A program made the position numbers and the translations under genes. The notes under the pieces were generated by a model. It was not told the DNA's origin, ran no database searches, and was given only the letters and a program-made list of their open reading frames with translations. From positions 121,770,001 through 121,834,000 of the forward strand of contig CM059432.1 of the NCBI GenBank assembly GCA_030390025.1: 64,000 bases of DNA, given 5' to 3'. Shown here in pieces: positions 61,703 through 64,000 of the stretch (positions are counted from its first letter, which is position 1; each line of letters begins with the position of its first letter). This DNA comes from Squalus acanthias (lineage: Eukaryota).

Positions 61703-62160
61703 TCAGCCATGGTTCAGTTGGTAGCACCTTCGCCTCTGAGTCAGAAGGTTGTGGGTTCAAGTCCCACTCCAGAGACTTGAGCACAAAAATCTAGGCTGAC
61801 ACTCCAGTGCAATGCTAAGGGAGTGCTGCACTGTCAGAGGTGCTGTCTTTCAGATGAATGTTAAATCGAGGCCCTGTCTGCTCACTCAGGTGGCTGTAAA
61901 AGATCCCATGGCGCTATTTTGAAGAAGTGCAGCGAAGTTATCCCTGGTGTCCTAGCCAATATTTATCCCTCAATCAACATCACTAAAACAGATTATCTGG
62001 TCATTATCACATTGCTGTTTGTGGGAGCTTGCTGTGCGCAAATTGGCTGCCGCGTTTCCCACATTACAACAGTGACTACACTTCAAAAAAGTACTTCTTT
62101 GGCTGTAAAGTGCTTATGGTGGTCGTGACAGATGCTATATAAATACAAGTCTTTCTTTTT
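61703..62160 (+). mobile_element. Near full-length Deu-domain tRNA-derived SINE
   Basis: A box TGGTTCAGTTGG, B box GGTTCAAGTCC, Deu core, L2-like tail. Confidence 0.8.
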
Positions 62161-62999
62161 TTTTGTTCTACTCTATACCCAGGCAGACTGTTTACACATC
62201 GAGTCTGAAAGCCTGTAAAAATTTTTATAGGCCAGTTCAGAAGATTCATTTAAGTAAATTAGCTCTTACTAACTTGCATCATAAAGCATAAGCTTTCCAT
62301 TACACATTAACCATGCATGGGAACGAGAAGAGAATCACTGAAAGGTGGGCAAATATCGTGGAGGTTGCGACTTGCGTTATATTGTCCAGCATTTTCTTGA
62401 CTGCAAAGATAAGGGGTCGATTAGTGATTCTTTCTGTGCTGACACACTAAAATGCTAATTCCACTCGAGGTATTTTCAATTTTGTCCTCACAAGGATTGC
62501 CTACTTTTTGACTTGAGCATTAACGGGAGCAAGTCCATCAACATATGGGTCACTGAGATAGTTCTTGACATTGTGCGATAGTGCAAAACAGGTGTTAGTA
62601 AGCCGGCAACCCCTTTTGCATCTCTCCTGAATTTTTTTCCCAGTTATGCGGTTATGCCGAGTCTCCGCCGTTTCCTATTTTTGCCGATTCTGTCAGTCTC
62701 CCTCCAGAGTTACAGCGGGAGATTGGGAGAAATGCTGTAGAATTGTAGAGCCCGTGCTTCGACTTTTGCTGCAAGTAGTGACCAGACGTAATCGTGCTAA
62801 CTTTAAGTTGTGACCAATACACAGTGAGTGGAGGAAATCATTCCTCATGGTGATCAATATCTGTCTGCAAACAGAAGTTTGCATGTATGAGGAAAGGTAA
62901 TAAGGACTTTATTTCTCCCCACCTAGCCACCACAGAGATGTTATGCTATTACTGATATGATCCTCAATTGTGGTTTTATCCCTTGAGTGGGGAATGTAG

Positions 63000-63415
63000 G
63001 AGTAGAAATGTGTCTGAGCCCATTTCCAGGCCTAGTCACCTAGGTGTTTTTAGGAGACAAAATGTGTCAAGAGCCCTCATTATCATTAAATAGGCAGGCT
63101 GCCAGCCTAACTAGCACTATTGCTTGGCAGCTTGCTTAATGGGGGGGCATCCCAGATGTTAATTAAAGGCAACCTGCACCTCTTAAAGGAGAGGTGAACT
63201 TTGGCTGCAGGCAACCGGAAGGCAACTTCTGAACATGACAGGCCATGGAGAAGCTTCACGCCCGCAGCACTGGAGGTCTTGGAGGAGGAGGTCAGCAGGA
63301 GGAGGGACAACATTACTTTAGCAAGCACCTGCACCAACGCACTCCTGTCTGACCTCCCACATTCTACCCTACGTAAACTTGAGGTCATCCAAAACTTGGC
63401 TGCCCGTGTCCAAAC
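63000..63415 (+). mobile_element. Harbinger Myb fragment followed by an L2 fragment
   Basis: SFTPAALEVLEEEVSRRRD; then LSDLPHSTLRKLEVIQN. Confidence 0.55.
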
Positions 63416-64000
63416 ACAAACAGAATGACAACACTTGATCAAAGGTATTAACATATCAGTGAGTAGATGCTTACATCAGATATCAATAAGTATGTAATCA
63501 ATGTCGCGGTGTGTCTATTGGATAGGATTGTCATAGAAATATGAATACATAAAGGGACCAAAGTGTGTTAAATGGGATTCTTTATAAGACATGGTATCCT
63601 GAGACTAATCTTCTGAAATGTCAACCCATTATTATCATAGAGTGATCTCAATAATTTTGAAGAATAATCCTTTTGGTAATGAGGAGGATTAATCCACTAA
63701 AATCCTTATCTTAATTATGGTCATCATTTTTGTTAGATCCAGTATATATATATTGAGCATGTCTTTCAGCCAGTTCACTGTATTTTGGGGAATTTTAGCC
63801 CCCAAGGATGGGTGGGTCGGAGCGGATGGGAAGGTATATATGGGAAAAATATCAATGGATCCCTAGACCTTCAGGGAATATAGAATACATCACTCTCCTC
63901 ATTAGACCAATTGGATCAAAGAGAATATATAAGGAGCTCGGAGCACAGGGTCAGATAACTAACAACATAAAAATACTCCAATCATCTCATTTTAATGACT

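Overview
Vertebrate genomic DNA, most likely from a shark or other elasmobranch (inferred from HER1-type CR1 LINEs, a V-SINE and Deu-domain SINEs). I found no convincing host-gene exon. The window is a deeply nested graveyard of transposable elements separated by a few AT-rich unique islands. It contains at least six PIF/Harbinger DNA transposons that pair a HARBI1-like DDE nuclease with a convergent spliced Myb/SANT-like gene. One copy (49386-53641) looks intact in both genes, both TIRs and a TTA target-site duplication (TSD). There are about ten Harbinger-type MITEs; one MITE family carries a conserved hairpin + CCAAT + E-box (+ splice donor) module. An LTR retroelement has an unusually long (~1.7 kb) structured LTR, a perfect tRNA-Arg(UCG) primer binding site and an intact 599-aa Gag with an overlapping PSAP/PPxY late domain; a related solo LTR with a 4-bp TSD lies 28 kb away. 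The rest is CR1, L2 and Tx1 LINE pieces and SINEs. All family names come from motif recognition, not database searches, and boundaries without a TSD are approximate.
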